Positions 27,301 to 40,996 of a stretch of DNA of 64,000 nucleotides are shown piece by piece; positions within the stretch are counted from its first letter, which is position 1; the number at the start of each line of letters is the position of its first letter. The notes under the pieces were generated by a model. The model was given only the letters and a program-made list of their open reading frames with translations, was not told the DNA's origin and searched no databases. Both the position numbers and the translations under genes were made by a program. Origin of the DNA: Tubulanus polymorphus (lineage: Eukaryota > Animalia > Nemertea); the NCBI RefSeq assembly GCF_964204645.1, contig NC_134031.1:12092088-12156087 (forward strand), written 5' to 3'.

Positions 27301-29899
27301 ATTTAAAGGGCCTTAGTGTAGTAGGCATTTGGTCACTGGCTAGAAAAATTGCAAATTTCTTAAAAAGTTGCTGCAGTTGGCAGTGAATTTTGCTAAGATG
27401 GGCAGTGAATGGCAGTGAAATTCAAAATTTCTAGCCTAATTTTCCTGTAAAAAGTGCTTACCTAGGTTTGAAAAAAGTACGTTTAAGTGCTTATTTTTCC
27501 TATAGCCTTACAACTATGAGCCTTGTTTTGGCCTCCGGTCAAAGTTGGTCAAGACCGTGCTGTTTTACTTAATGACCTGACATCTAAAATGATGAATGAA
27601 AACACTGGTTCAGCGGGGGCATTGAATACCAGAATGGTCTGACTTTTAAGCATTTCAAAGCACTTCCAAGTGGGCTTGGCATCCCTGGACCCCTAGTTTC
27701 TTTGAATACCATGTTTGTGAAAGAAATTGAAGTGAATTCGCAACATATTAAAACCTTTCAAAGATCGGCATTGGTCCGCAGCAATTAGAAATTGCTTCCT
27801 GGGTTTTTTTTTCAGAAAATAGTGCTCAAATTTGTTAAAATAGGTCCTTGAAAATCCTTGAATTAAGTTGGGCCTGGAGGCTATGAACCCTGAAGGACTA
27901 TTCAAGACATTGAATAACTATAATTATGTACATATGGTATATGATGAACGCCTTAACTGATAACAATGATTCTACTAGCAGATTTTGACCATCTAGACCT
28001 GGTGTTCGCTACAGCGAGGTAAAATGCTTATTCGGTACCAGAAAAAAAAGGGATCATTGTTCACTGGAGAGAAGCATTTAATTAGAGATGAGTAGGGGAA
28101 TTTGGTTCTTGTAAAGTGTTCAGTAAGGCTGGTGTTTACTAAGTGAGGTTTTACTGTATTCTTCAGTAATTGTTTATTTAGATCAGAGATTTTAAATTTT
28201 TTAAAGATGTATTTAATTTATTTGACAAACTTTCTGTATATGGTGAAAACCTTTCAGTATGTCAATAGTTACAACTTGCACATATCATGTATGTAATCTT
28301 GTTTCTTGTATGATGGATCCATGCTATTAATTTAAGAATTGTATGTGTTTTTGTAATAACTTTGTATCTAATGTGCAAACCATATCCCACCATTGTTTAA
28401 TGGGACATTATGGGACCACTTAAAATTGCATGTCGTGTAAGATTTGGTTACAAGTACTTTGTTTATAAATATTCACTTAATTAATACAAATAAGTATGCT
28501 AAATTAATTTAATTATTATTGAAACAATTAGCAAATATTCAATGATATATGAAGGCTATTTTTCTAATCTTTTCCTCACGTCATTGGTAAATCTATTTAT
28601 GACCATTATATCACATATGTAGCAATAAATATACTTTCTCCATTAAATTCCTAGGCTATGGATATTACTTGAATTTTTGTTGATGACAGTCGGTAGATGG
28701 AATCAAGGCTTCTAGTAACTTGATAATTGCATTTTATTCCACAGGGACTTGTCACAATTGACAATGAATGAATAAAACCAGTATCAATGACCAACCCCAG
28801 TATCCCTTGTACAATGAAAAACAAGGGCATCAGCTATTCGTCCATCTGAAAATCACCTCTCCAATTCGTCCGTCCATTTGTTCGTTCGTTCTTACATCTG
28901 TCAACTTTTTCTTCAAATTGCTCCTTGTCCTACAGTTTTAATCAGATCAATTCCAAATTTGGTATGAATGTTCTATGGACCTAGGTCTATAAAGTTACAG
29001 AGAGCTATTTTAGCATTGGTTGACGTCTATGACGTCATGCCAATGCTAGTAAAATGGATCGAAAGTCGTAGTTGAAAAAAAGCGCTAACTCATCATTTTC
29101 ATTGTAACTTCAAATTGTAACTCCGTTCTCGTAAAACATTAGACACAGCTGAAAATGACTCAAAATAATGTTTCGATTATTCCCTACAGGATAACGTCGC
29201 CGGATTTCTGATTAATTTGCCCAAAAAGTTTTTCTATTACATTTTTCTCGTTAGTTTTGTGGTAGATGAGAGAGGGGGTTAGCAATCGTGTAGTGATATG
29301 TCGGCATTGAAATTGGCAGAAAAGAATGGGGAATGGCCTCTTTAGAATAGAAAAGCATAAATTTATGTAACCCCGGTATATAAATATCATAGTTTTTAAA
29401 TATCACTGTTATTCCTCTATCAGAAGTAATGAGATGAATTCTCAGTGGCAGAATACATATTTCTAGAGCAATGGAACGGTTGGCCTACTCATGACTGAAA
29501 GCCGGTATAGGTAAGTTATGTGATTGCGCAGGAACGCCTTTACTAAAGTTAAAACCATTTTATGATGACACGAAACATAAAACGGTACACAGTACCACCC
29601 AACCATAATACGATATCACCAATAAAGATAGATTATTTATTCAATTTTACCAGAGTTGTTTATTGGAGGAAAATATCATTGTTAAGTACGCTAAGAATAA
29701 CCATGTTGTATCATCAATCAGTTGACTGACAGTTTATCATAAGATTCCATCGGTTCGGCTGTATTCTAAGATAAGTTTTTACTTAGATGCTCTGCCTGTC
29801 TCCTGCGCACTCAGGAGGCAGTAGCAGCCCCTTACAAACTCGGCAGATAGAAAAAGGAATAAAGCTTCAAAAAGTAATACAATGTTTAAAAATGATTCA

Positions 29900-31840
29900 A
29901 ACTTTAAAACAGAAAAGGATATTAAAGCATCATCTTATATTAAACTACCATTTCCAACAAAAGCAGTAATAAACGTTCAAAATGAAGATAACAGATTATC
30001 GGAAATATGAAACATTATATAAAATTGATCAATATCCAGTAACTATAAAGATGATTCCTAAAATAGAAAAAGTTAATAATTTAAAAATAAATGTATTCAA
30101 ATTAATGCAATTACCAGAGACAAAAGGTGAAAATATTAAAGATTATACATTAGAAGCATTATATTTAACAATATTATGATGATGAAAATGTTATAGATTT
30201 GTTATATTACAAAAAAGATGAAAATGAACATTATATGTGGTTAAAACAAAGAGATTTATTCTTATGAACAGAAAGTGATCACCATATTAAAATCTATCTA
30301 TGTAGAAAATGTTTATCTAAATTTGTGACAGAAAAAGCATTACTAAAACATAAAGAATTATGTGATAATAAAGATTTTTGCAAATTAATAATGCCAACAG
30401 AAAAAGATTATAAATTGAAGTTTACTAATTATGAATTTAAAAATATAGTGCCATTTGTAATTTATGGGGATTTTGAATCGTTGAATAAAGAATTAACTGA
30501 TCAAGATAGAAAAGAAATATATAACAAAAAGCAATTTTTAAAATCAATGGACAAAGGAAATGAATTAAATGAAGACATAATTCAAGACCCACCAATTATG
30601 AATACAATTTAAAAAGTTCATCAAAGAGCTGCTGCTTATGGAATTTATATGAAATCAAATTATCTTGAATTATATGGAAGTCAATGTATTTCTTTAAGAG
30701 GTGAAGATGTAGTAAATGAATTTTGTAATAGAATAATTGAATTAGAAAGTGATTTTGCACTATTATTAAATATAAATAAAAGAATTATTATGACCAAAGA
30801 AGATGAAATTGATTTTAATTATGCAACTCATTTTTGTTATTGTGAAAAAAGTTTTTATTCATTTGATAAAAAAGTTAAGAGATCATGATCATTTAAATTC
30901 AAAATATCGTGGAGCTGCTCATCAAGATTGTAATTTAAAAGCTAAAAAAGTAAATTTCGTACCAATATTATTTCATAATTTATCAGGATATGATACTCAT
31001 CTATTTATAAAACAATTATCAGGAAAATTAGGCGCAATTAATCAAAAAATAGAAGAATATAATGCTATAAATGATAAAAATGTGAGAAAATATGATTTTA
31101 AACTATTAGCTAAGACATCTGAAAATTATATTTCATTTCAATTTGGTTGTTTGAGATTTTTAGATTCTTATAGATTTTTAGCAAGTTCATTAGATAATTA
31201 AGCAAAAAGTTTAGTTGATAATGATTTTGTAATAACTCGACATTATTATCCAAATGAAAAAGATTTTAAATTATTGAGATTAAAAGGTGCAATTCCTTAT
31301 TCATTTTATAAAACACACGATGATTTTAATGTAACAGAATTATTAAAAGAACAATTTTATTATCAATTAAAAGAGGAGTATGTGAAAGATGAAGTTTTTA
31401 AAACATTAAATATTTGGAATCATTTTAAGATAAAAATTCATGGTGAATTAGTAGATTTATACTTAAAATCAGATGTTATGATATTGGCTGATAAATTTGA
31501 AAAATTTAGAGAAGTTAATTTAAATCATTTCATTGTTGATCCTTGTTATTGCTAGCAAGTCCTGGTTTAACGTGGCAATGTGGTTTAAAATGTACAAATG
31601 TAGAATTAGATTTATTAAAAGAACCAGACATAGTTTTATTATTTGAAAAATCAATTAGAGGTGGAATTAGTGGTGTTATGGGAGGGGGTATTTTAAAGCA
31701 AATGATGAATATAAATTATTATATACTGACGCCAATAATTTATATGGTTGGGCAATGATGCAATATCGACCATATAAAAATTCTATATTAACGGAAGTTG
31801 AAAATGATGATGAAACTGATTGGGAAAGCGCAATTATGAG
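29900..31840 (+). pseudogene. polB: Protein-primed DNA polymerase B remnant (copy A)
   Basis: SSYIKLP, Exo I VIYGDFES, RDHDH..KYRGAAHQDCN, FHNLSGYD, YLKSD, FEKSIRGG; many stops and frameshifts; C-terminal half deleted. Confidence 0.9.
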
Positions 31841-32126
31841 TATTTGGTATCAATGATGTCATAACTCATATCAAAAATATTGCATATTTTAATGAAACAA
31901 CATTTGATTATGAAACAACAATAAATAAAGAAACTTTTAATGTAGAAAAGATGATTTAATTAGAAATTCTTTAAGATTTTATGAATTAGATGAAGGTTTT
32001 ATTATCGATGATATTAAAAAAATAATAACTGAAACGTATAAAAATGAAACTAATAATGATATAAATGTTGATTATAACAAAAATAAAAAAAATATTTTGA
32101 AGATTGTAAATTCTTTTTCTTAATAA

Positions 32127-32354
32127 ATGGCGGATCAGAAGTGGATAATAACTGGATTATATAATGGAGCATTACTATCAGTTGGAACTGTTGGTTATAC
32201 AATTATATTTAAAAAATTATTTAAAATGGGTAGTATTAATGTTGATAGATTTGATATCAATGATATTTTGAAATTAACATTAGCAGTTACTTTATCTAAT
32301 TCAACAATTGACTATTTAGAAAAACAAAAATATATTCCTCCTGTTGACGCGTAA
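32127..32354 (+). CDS. Small hydrophobic protein (copy A), homolog of the C-terminal part of 49058-49636
   Basis: WIITGLYNGALLSVGTVGY...DYLEKQKYIP; start context TAAATG. Confidence 0.65.
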   Translation: MADQKWIITGLYNGALLSVGTVGYTIIFKKLFKMGSINVDRFDINDILKLTLAVTLSNSTIDYLEKQKYIPPVDA

Positions 32355-32737
32355 TTTTTTTACTAAATAAATGGCATCTGCAATTATAACTATTATAGGA
32401 TCGGCAATTGTTTACACTTAAGCATTTACAGGTGGTGGTAATTTATTTAAACATATTGATAAAACTGGTTCATTATCAGAAGAAAAAAGACAAAACTTAG
32501 CGTTAGAAGAATATAATAATAACGCTGCAGAAGAATATAGAGAAAAGAGGCAAAATTATATGGATTATATTAACAAAGAATTATATAATCACAATATTTA
32601 AATCAGTTGATGATGCTGTGAGTTTATAAAACGCAGTAACAAATCGTGAAAAATTACATCTATATAAACCAAAATTATCAGATTATTATATTTGTAGCAT
32701 TTAAATTTTACTAATAAGTAATTTTTTCATAATATAA

Positions 32738-33110
32738 ATGGAAGATAAAATTGAAAAACAGAAATTAGAATTTGAAAATGATTTAAAAATTAAAAAGAAA
32801 AAATATTTAAAAAGTAAAATTATATATTATTTTATTATTAGTGGTTCAGTTACAATTAGTTCTGTGATAACGTTTTTAGCAATTATCTCACCATTAACAC
32901 CTTTAGCTATATCAATTGGCGTGCTAGGATTATCATCAAGTGTTTTAACCGGAATAAGTTCAAAATTGAATATAAAAAGTAATAAAGAAAAAATTAAATC
33001 TAATATAAAAGAAATTAATAAATCGAAAAATACATTAGATTAAATAATAAGTTTAAATGGTAATATAACAATTGAAGAACAAAGAAGATTAATTATTAAA
33101 AGAATTAATT
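32738..33110 (+). pseudogene. Two-TM membrane protein (copy A), homolog of 50103-50528
   Basis: Near-identical translation, premature TAA at 33043. Confidence 0.75.
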
Positions 33111-33131
33111 ATTAATTTTTTTATTATATAA

Positions 33132-33682
33132 ATGGTGGATGGTTTTCCAAAAGATTTTCAATATAATAAATCAATTAAATATAATATTCCAGCAATAGAT
33201 TTTAATAAAAATATCACATATAGAAATGAAGTTTTAAATTCCTTAATTAATTTCGATTTTTATGTTACTGAAACTAATAATTTTAATGTAAAGATGGAAA
33301 ATATATTTCATATGTATTAAATTAATTTTAAAAAATTGATAGATGAAAAACAATGGTTATTAAAATCTAATATGAAATATTGGCTGAACCAATTAAATTT
33401 TGCAGTTTATTGTGCAACAACAGGTTGTGGAATTAGTTGAAATGATCATTTAAATAATTCTAAATATAAATTAATTCAACGTTTATTTATATTTCATACC
33501 TATTTTCAAATAAGATTAATATTATATGAATTAGAGACCCTGTCCTTTACCAGGATCTAGATATTTTAAAGAATGAGATAATGATATTAATTTATCAAAG
33601 TTTTATAAAGTTTGTAATAAATTTTATATAAATATAAATAATTCTGATTTTGGAACATTAAGATCAATTCCTTGTCCTGAAA
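33132..33682 (+). pseudogene. QLNFAVYCATTGCG-family gene remnant (copy A), cut by a LINE
   Basis: Colinear with 50545-51100; homology stops at the LINE 3' end. Confidence 0.75.
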
Positions 33683-36600
33683 TTATTTTACATTATTTGA
33701 CAAAATTATGATAATTTATAATACAAAAACAACAGGTTATAACGTTATAGCATAAGTTTGTCTGGGGTTTAAAAAAATCAGTTAGGATTGTCCAGTTGAA
33801 TCCCCGAACATAAGAAAATTCACCAAGTAAATAAGGTAAGAAATATAGATCTTCACGTATGTGAGTTTTACAAGTATATATAGTGGCGATGGTGACATTA
33901 AGTGATACACCCTATTAGAATGATTATAGAACACAAAAGGCAACGCAGAAGAGTAATTATAGTACGTTAATATTATTGAGACAAGAGGAGGCGCTTATAG
34001 TTTAATTTGAAGGCTTTGGGGGCTTATTCCTTATATCAAGTGGAATATTGTTCCAAGTTTTTGGACCTACGATACTAATAGAGAACGATCGCTTAGTAGT
34101 ACGAGAAAATGGAACACTCAAATCATTATGGTTCCTTAATGCACTGGCTTGGTTTGAGAACCTGAAGTTACAAATATAATTAAAGTTATTTGGTAAATGA
34201 TTATTAATGAGTTTATACATAAAGATAGCTACCTGTAATTTGTTTATATCAATTAAATTAAGTATTTTACCTTTTTAAGTAAGGGGGCAGTGTGAGCAAG
34301 ATACGGAGCATTAAAAACTGAGACGAACTGCCCGCTTAAGCAAAGTACTTAGATAATGTAGCCGTATAGAATAGTTGGCACCCCATACTATATTAGCATA
34401 TTGCATGTAAGGCAAAACTAGAGAATTAAAAATGGGAGTGAAAATATAAGTTGGTAAGGATTTACGTGCTTTATATAAGATGCCAATAGCACACGATACT
34501 TTGTTGGACGTCATTTTAATATGGGGAGCCCAAGTAAGATTGTCATCCACTATAACACCAAGAAACTTGGATTCATGACACCTCGCAAGGGTGACATTAT
34601 CAATTTTAATACGAAAATCATGAGGAACACGGATATTGCCGAAAATAACGTAATTAGTTTTACTTATATTAAGAGATAATTTGTTAGCTCTAAACCACAT
34701 GACTAGGTTTTCTAATTCGGAGTTAATGATGGCATTTAATCTAATTGGGTCCTTATCACTAAAAAAGATAGTTGTGTCGTCTGCAAATAGAATAAAGTTG
34801 AGAAGATGAGATGTACGGATAATGTCATTAATATAAAGTATGAACAATAGCGGACCAAGAATAGAACCTTGAGGCACAACGCAATTTATTGGAAGTGTTA
34901 TTAAAGAACAACTATCATAAGATACAAACTGATATCGATCACATAGATGATTATTAAACCAGGCCAACGTAATCCCGCGTATACCGTATCGTAGCAGCTT
35001 ATCTAAAAGTATGGAGTGGCCTTTGACAAATCTATGAAAATACTCACTGTTAGATAACGTCTTCTGTAAGTTTCGAAATGCGATCAGTGAAATCGAGTAA
35101 TGCCATTTTTGTAGAACGGTTCTTCCGAAAGCCATCTTGGTTTGGACAAAGAATTTTATTTTTATCAATATGCGAGATAAGACGGCAATGGGTTAGGCGT
35201 TCAATAATTTTGGAGAAACATGGCAGAACAGAAATTGGACGGTAATTGCTCCGGACTTAAATAAAGGAGTAACCTTGGCTATCTTAAGTGCATCTGGAAC
35301 TATACCTGTAATATAAGACATTAAATATATGCAGTAGATCAGAGCATTTAATAATTTTAGGTTTTATATCACCAGGGCCAGCTCCTTTGTTAGCATCTAA
35401 AGAGTTAACAATAGCAAAAATGTTTTCTTGAATAATCGGCCTGAAAAATAAACTATCTGGACTATCGGCTGGTAGATACTGAGTTGGTAAGACATCAACC
35501 CTGGGAGTGTTCGATGCAAGCCTTCTCCCAATATCAGTAAAAAAGAAATTAAATTTATCAGCAATTTCTTGTGAGCTTAATTTTCGTCCATTGTCAGTCT
35601 TGAACTCAGGTAGTATGAGGTTTCGCCTAGCAGTACCAATGACACTACTTAGGACATCCCATGTTTTTTTCAAATTATGTTTCACATTAAATAAGGATTC
35701 CGCATAATTACGCTTTTCAGCAACTCTAAGCAATCTATATAACTTATTACGGTATACCCTATATTGTTCGAAATGAAAGGGTCGCTTTGTTCTTTTATAT
35801 TTTCGGTAGTATTTACTCTAAGTTCCGATAGACGGAAGAAGACCTAATGTTAGCCATGGTTTGCGGGTATTTCGTTTGATAGTTTTAGCACGAACCGGAA
35901 ATACTTGGTCATATAACAATTTATATTTATTTAAAAATAGGTTGTACGCTTTATCCGGATTGGCCTCATTATAAATTTCCGTCCAGTCTACACGACTTAG
36001 CAGAATATTAAAATTATTTATTGAGTGCTCATTAAATGACCTATAACGTATACTATGCGCAGTATTGACTTTAGAATACTGCTTATGGATCGTAAAAGTA
36101 GAAAAGTGGTCCGAGATATCAATCGTTAGAATTCCGAAGTTAGACAGCCGTTCAGCGTAAACATTCGTGTACATATGATCAATACAGGTAGCAGAGTGTT
36201 CCGTGATCTGTGTCGGTTTGGTTATTAAGGGCTGAAGCGATAAAGATGCCATGTTATGCAAAAAGTCTTCAGCATTCCGTGTTATGTTTAAGTAAATCAA
36301 TAATAAAATCACCCATGATAAATACATTGTCTCTCTCTAAAGAGACATTTAACTCAGTAACGAAATCATCAATAGAATGACCGCTTTGCCTGTAGAGAAC
36401 ACTTACGAAAATGCGTTCGTTTTTAGAAAGGAAAAGCTCGCATATAAGTAATTCAAATGTATCGCTCTCAATTGATCAGTCGTCGCGGAATTTAAAATTA
36501 ATCCGATCATCCACATAAAGCACCACGCCTCCAGCATGATTAAAATGACGATTAAAAATTTACTATTATAACCTTCCATATAATATAAAGTCTCATTATC

Positions 36601-36685
36601 GTTACCATCCGTGGCCCAGGTTTCCGAGACACCGATGAACAGAGAGAATAGAATAAGCATTACAAGTGCGAAATAATTCATTAAC
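33683..36685 (-). mobile_element. LINE of the CR1/L2 group, ORF2 (APE endonuclease + RT), degenerate
   Basis: Endonuclease motifs IGVSETW, TCIDHMYTN, ISDHF; RT motifs VPQGSILGPLLF and LFADD (34311-35168); C-terminal RFS..TWNNIP; several frameshifts. Confidence 0.9.
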
Positions 36686-37822
36686 ATTTCTCTCTGGCAT
36701 TGTGCCTAGCGAATTTAAAAAGGCTGTTGTAACGCCTCTCTTGGAAAAAAACCTAATTTGGATCAGCAGGACCTCAAAAACTATAGACCTGTTTCAAACT
36801 TACCCTTTCTCTCCAAAGTTCTGGAACGTGTTGTTGACAAAAGGATTCGCGACCATATGTTTGAGAACAATCTTTACGAAACATTGCAGTCTGCTTATAG
36901 AGCAAATCATTCAACGGAAACAGCACTGACCAAGGTTATGAATGATCTTTTAATTGCTCTCGATAACAAAAAAGCAGCTGGCCTTGTTCTCCCTGACCTG
37001 TCAGCTGCGTTCGACACCGTCAATCATAGCGTCATGTTCCAGCGGCTTAATCGGCGACTTGGGGTCAATGGATCATCATTGTCGTGGTTTAAGTCCTATT
37101 TGTCTGGGAGAACTCAGCGCATATCAGTCAGGGGAAAATTGTCCGAACCATGTCCTCTCTTAACAGGCGTGCCACAGGGGTCAGTCATGGGCCCCCTGCT
37201 GTTTAGTATATATGTCGGTCCTCTGGGTGACATCATAAGAAAGCACAAAATTAAGTTCCATTTCTTTGCTGATGACACCCAGCTTTACATAGCATTCCAT
37301 CCGTTAGAGGTAGATGATGCTTTGCAGAGACTTGAGGCCTGTATCAATGAAATTCGACGTTGGATGGCTATCAATTTCTTGAAATTAAATGATGATAAAA
37401 CCGAATTTATGATGATTCATTTAAAGCAGCACAATCTTGCTGAGAACACGATATTGATCGGTGATCATTCAATATCAAGGGTGCCATTGGCTAAGAATAT
37501 AGGCGCATATTTTGACCAACATCTCTCACTTGAACATCATGTTAATGCTATCTGCAAATCTTGCTACTTCCACCTGCATAACATTGGAAAAATCCGAAGA
37601 TATCTTACTTCTGATGCTACAGCAACTCAGGTTAATTCACTTGTCACTTCCAGGTTAGATGGTCTAAATGCCTTACTCATTGGACTCTCCCAAATTTCAT
37701 TATTGCTAAATTACAAAAAGTTCAGAACTCTTCAGCCAAACTAGTAACTGGTCTTCAAAATACGAACACATTTCTCCTATTCTCAAACAGCTGCACTGGC
37801 TCCCAGTCAAAGAGCGTATTAA
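36670..37822 (+). mobile_element. L2-clade LINE reverse-transcriptase fragment
   Basis: ORF 36758-37744: NYRPVSNLPFLSK, QSAYRANHSTETAL, DLSAAFDTV, GVPQGSVMGP, FADD; ends at LHWLPVKERI where the palindrome starts. Confidence 0.9.
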
Positions 37823-38775
37823 GCAAAACCGGCCATAAATGGCCGCATGTGACTGACACATGTAACGCATGTGACGCGGACATGAACGCGTTTGAATTTT
37901 CTATGTTCAGTTGTTTCTATTTTACAGAATGAATATATAATTATGATTAACGCATGCGCATTAAGCAAAAGCGCGCCTGTATGTCCGCATGTGACGCGGG
38001 TATTGTAACTGGTATGATTTAGATATCAAGGAATCGAAACACCTTATCAAAAGCAGCGAGGAATGAAAAAGGATGACGTTGGTCGAAGAAATGGAAGAGG
38101 ATTCTAAAATATTAACCAATTTAGTAAAAAATACATATAATAAATGGAACCAGAACAACCACAAACTATCAATATAACAAATAACGCTGGTGTTATAAAT
38201 ATATACTACAAGAAGTGTTCTAAGTGTGAATTAGATAAATTAGCTTTAACAGAATTTAGTAAGCGTAAGATTAGCAAAGATGAAATCTTTAAGACAGCAA
38301 TATTGAAAACCATCTTTGCTAATCTTACGCTTACTAAATTCTGTTAAAGCTAATTTATCTAATTCACACTTAGAACACTTCTTGTAGTATATATTTATAA
38401 CACCAGCGTTATTTGTTATATTGATAGTTTGTGGTTGTTCTGGTTCCATTTATTATATGTATTTTTTACTAAATTGGTTAATATTTTAGAATCCTCTTCC
38501 ATTTCTTCGACCAACGTCATCCTTTTTCATTCCTCGCTGCTTTTGATAAGGTGTTTCGATTCCTTGATATCTAAATCATACCAGTTACAATACCCGCGTC
38601 ACATGCGGACATACAGGCGCGCTTTTGCTTAATGCGCATGCGTTAATCATAATTATATATTCATTCTGTAAAATAGAAACAACTGAACATAGAAAATTCA
38701 AACGCGTTCATGTCCGCGTCACATGCTTTACATGTGTCAGTCACATGCGGCCATTTATGGCCGGTTTTGCTTAAT
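37818..38775. repeat. Near-perfect inverted duplication: 465-bp arms, 28-bp spacer
   Basis: Arms 37818-38282 and 38311-38775; mirror ORFs 38144+/38449- and 37961-/38429+; one mismatch seen (37866 vs 38727). Confidence 0.95.
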
Positions 38776-40077
38776 GCGCATGCGTTAATCATAATTATAT
38801 ATTCATTCTATAAATTCTGTAAAATAGAAACAACACATGCGTTACATGCGTCACATGCGGCCATTTATGGCCGGTTTTGCTTAATGCGCATGCGCTAATC
38901 ATAATAGAAACGACTGAACATAAAAATTCACCAATCAGATTTACACAATACATTATACAAGTTGGTCAGTCGTTTCTTCCAATACATCATTTGATTTCTA
39001 TAAATACACTTTATAATTACAAACATTTTTTCAATTGCTGGTAAATATTTAACTACATCAACAAATGTTAAACTTAATCATTGGAGTCTTAATGTTTTTG
39101 AAATTCTTATATAGTTTCTTCGTCAATCTTTTGGTGATTCTTGTGTTTCTTGTGCTAATTTCTATTGGTTCGATATCCATTGCTGTTGATTCCTCAGTCA
39201 GAAAGAGTATCTTGAGTTTCTCTATCACTTCTTGATGCGTATGGCGTTTTATTAAACTAAAAGATATTAGCGGCAACTCTAGCCATCTAAAAGATATACT
39301 AAATACACTTAAATATATCTTAAGGTTTCATATTTAATAGCCCTAATAACTACAAAAAACAGTACTTACATTTAGATTTAGAATTGTAAACTATAAACTC
39401 CTAATTTCGTTTCGTAAGATAGAATATCCTGAGCACAATGTTACAGCGTATGTTCATTTCTTGCCACGTCATCTGGTTCCGGTTCTAGAGTGTTCTCTGC
39501 ACGTTTGTAATATTATGAGTCATAATGTCTCGGCGTCATAGTAACGGCTGTAACAGCTGTGAATTTATAGATTTATTCCATAGCTCTGTACATGGAATGT
39601 ATATAGGTTCAAATAGAATCATGTTCTAGTATAAACATCGGATCCTTGATATCAAATTCCTCAACGTATTGTTCATTATTTGGATCATTATTCCATAATT
39701 CAATAAATTTCTTTGCCTTTGTTAACTGTTCTGAATATAACTGTAAATATTCTAGTTTCAATTTATTCTCTAAATGTGTTTTAGTTTTATTGTGTCTTGC
39801 TTTTTGGGATTTATCTATATTGATATTACATGTTGGGCAGTAGTACTTATTTGCTTCCATTTTAATACTAAATTTTTTATTAAAATTGATTTTAGAAGTT
39901 ATTCATTTATATTTTATTCATATATATGAATATTTTAAGAGTAATAGGGAATATGTTGTTTCATATCAAAGGTTGTAAGGGCTAGTGAGTAAAAAATGAA
40001 AAATATGAAAATAATAATAATTTCTATTTGAATTAGGAGTGAAACTCATATAAAATGAAAAATAAATTCGACTGTGC
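38283..40077 (-). mobile_element. Right-end fragment of a third Polinton-like copy (C)
   Basis: Colinear with B 59000-61680: terminus-like agtaataggg..tttcatatcaaaggt at 39940-39975, ZnF/HNH-tail chimera, leader intron, VVKYLP gene, repeat array, MEPEQPQ gene start. Confidence 0.75.
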
Positions 40078-40733
40078 AAGATGGCCGTCCTATGACCTTT
40101 TTAGTGCCCAAAAATGTTAATTTCGGCCCGAATTCTGAGTCCTGTAGCTTCCTACTGGTTTGCCATACATTTGGATTTCGTATATGGCCACCAGGGGGCG
40201 TTGAATAATACAATATCTTAGCATTTCTTTATTATATTCGTACCTATGCATATTTTGTAACCACAATCAATTGGAAAGTTGTAGCTCATGACATCACCTA
40301 TGATTGTTGCGAGTTTTAAGTACATTAGTTTTTCTATATGGTCAAAGGGGGCGTTGAATAGTAGAATAACTTAGTATTTCCTTATTATATTGGTACCTAG
40401 GCATATTTTGTTACCATGATCAATTGCAAAGTTGTTCATGACATGTTCTATGATTGTGGTGAGTTTCGAGGTCATTGGGTTTTGAATATGGTCACCAGGG
40501 GGCGTTGAATAGTAGAATGACTTAGTATTTCCATATTAAATTGGTAACGAGGCATATTTTGTTATCACAATCAATTACGAAATCGTAGCTGACACGTTCT
40601 ATGATTGTGGTGAGTTTCAAGGTCGTTGGTTTTTGTAAATGGTCACCAGGGGGCGTTGAATATTGAAATTGTTAGATTGTTGAGCATTTGAAACCATTTC
40701 CCAAGTGGGCATGGTGTCCCTGGACCCCTAGTT
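40077..40733 (+). mobile_element. 3' part of a HINE with four ~150-bp internal repeats
   Basis: Matches the 3' half of 40997-42269; ends ggacccCTAGTT. Confidence 0.8.
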
Positions 40734-40996
40734 TAAAATTAATTTTCTTGTTGAAGATAATTAATGAAAATTTAGAACCAGAAACAATTCCTAAAGAAGT
40801 TAGTAATTCTGAACCAGTAAACTTAAATCAACCGAAGTTCAAACTGAAAAACTTTTACAGAATGGATTTGGCAACAAATCAAGAATTAGAAGATTAAAAT
40901 ATATTTTCTGATAAAGCAATTAGAGAAATAATAAGCATAAGAAATGAAGCTGATAAAATTGAACATGATAAAAAGATTAGAGATGATAAAATAGTG

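Noticed and set aside
37961-38632. Duplicate 67-aa ORFs MWLFWFH...
   Set aside because: Antisense by-products of the inverted duplication.
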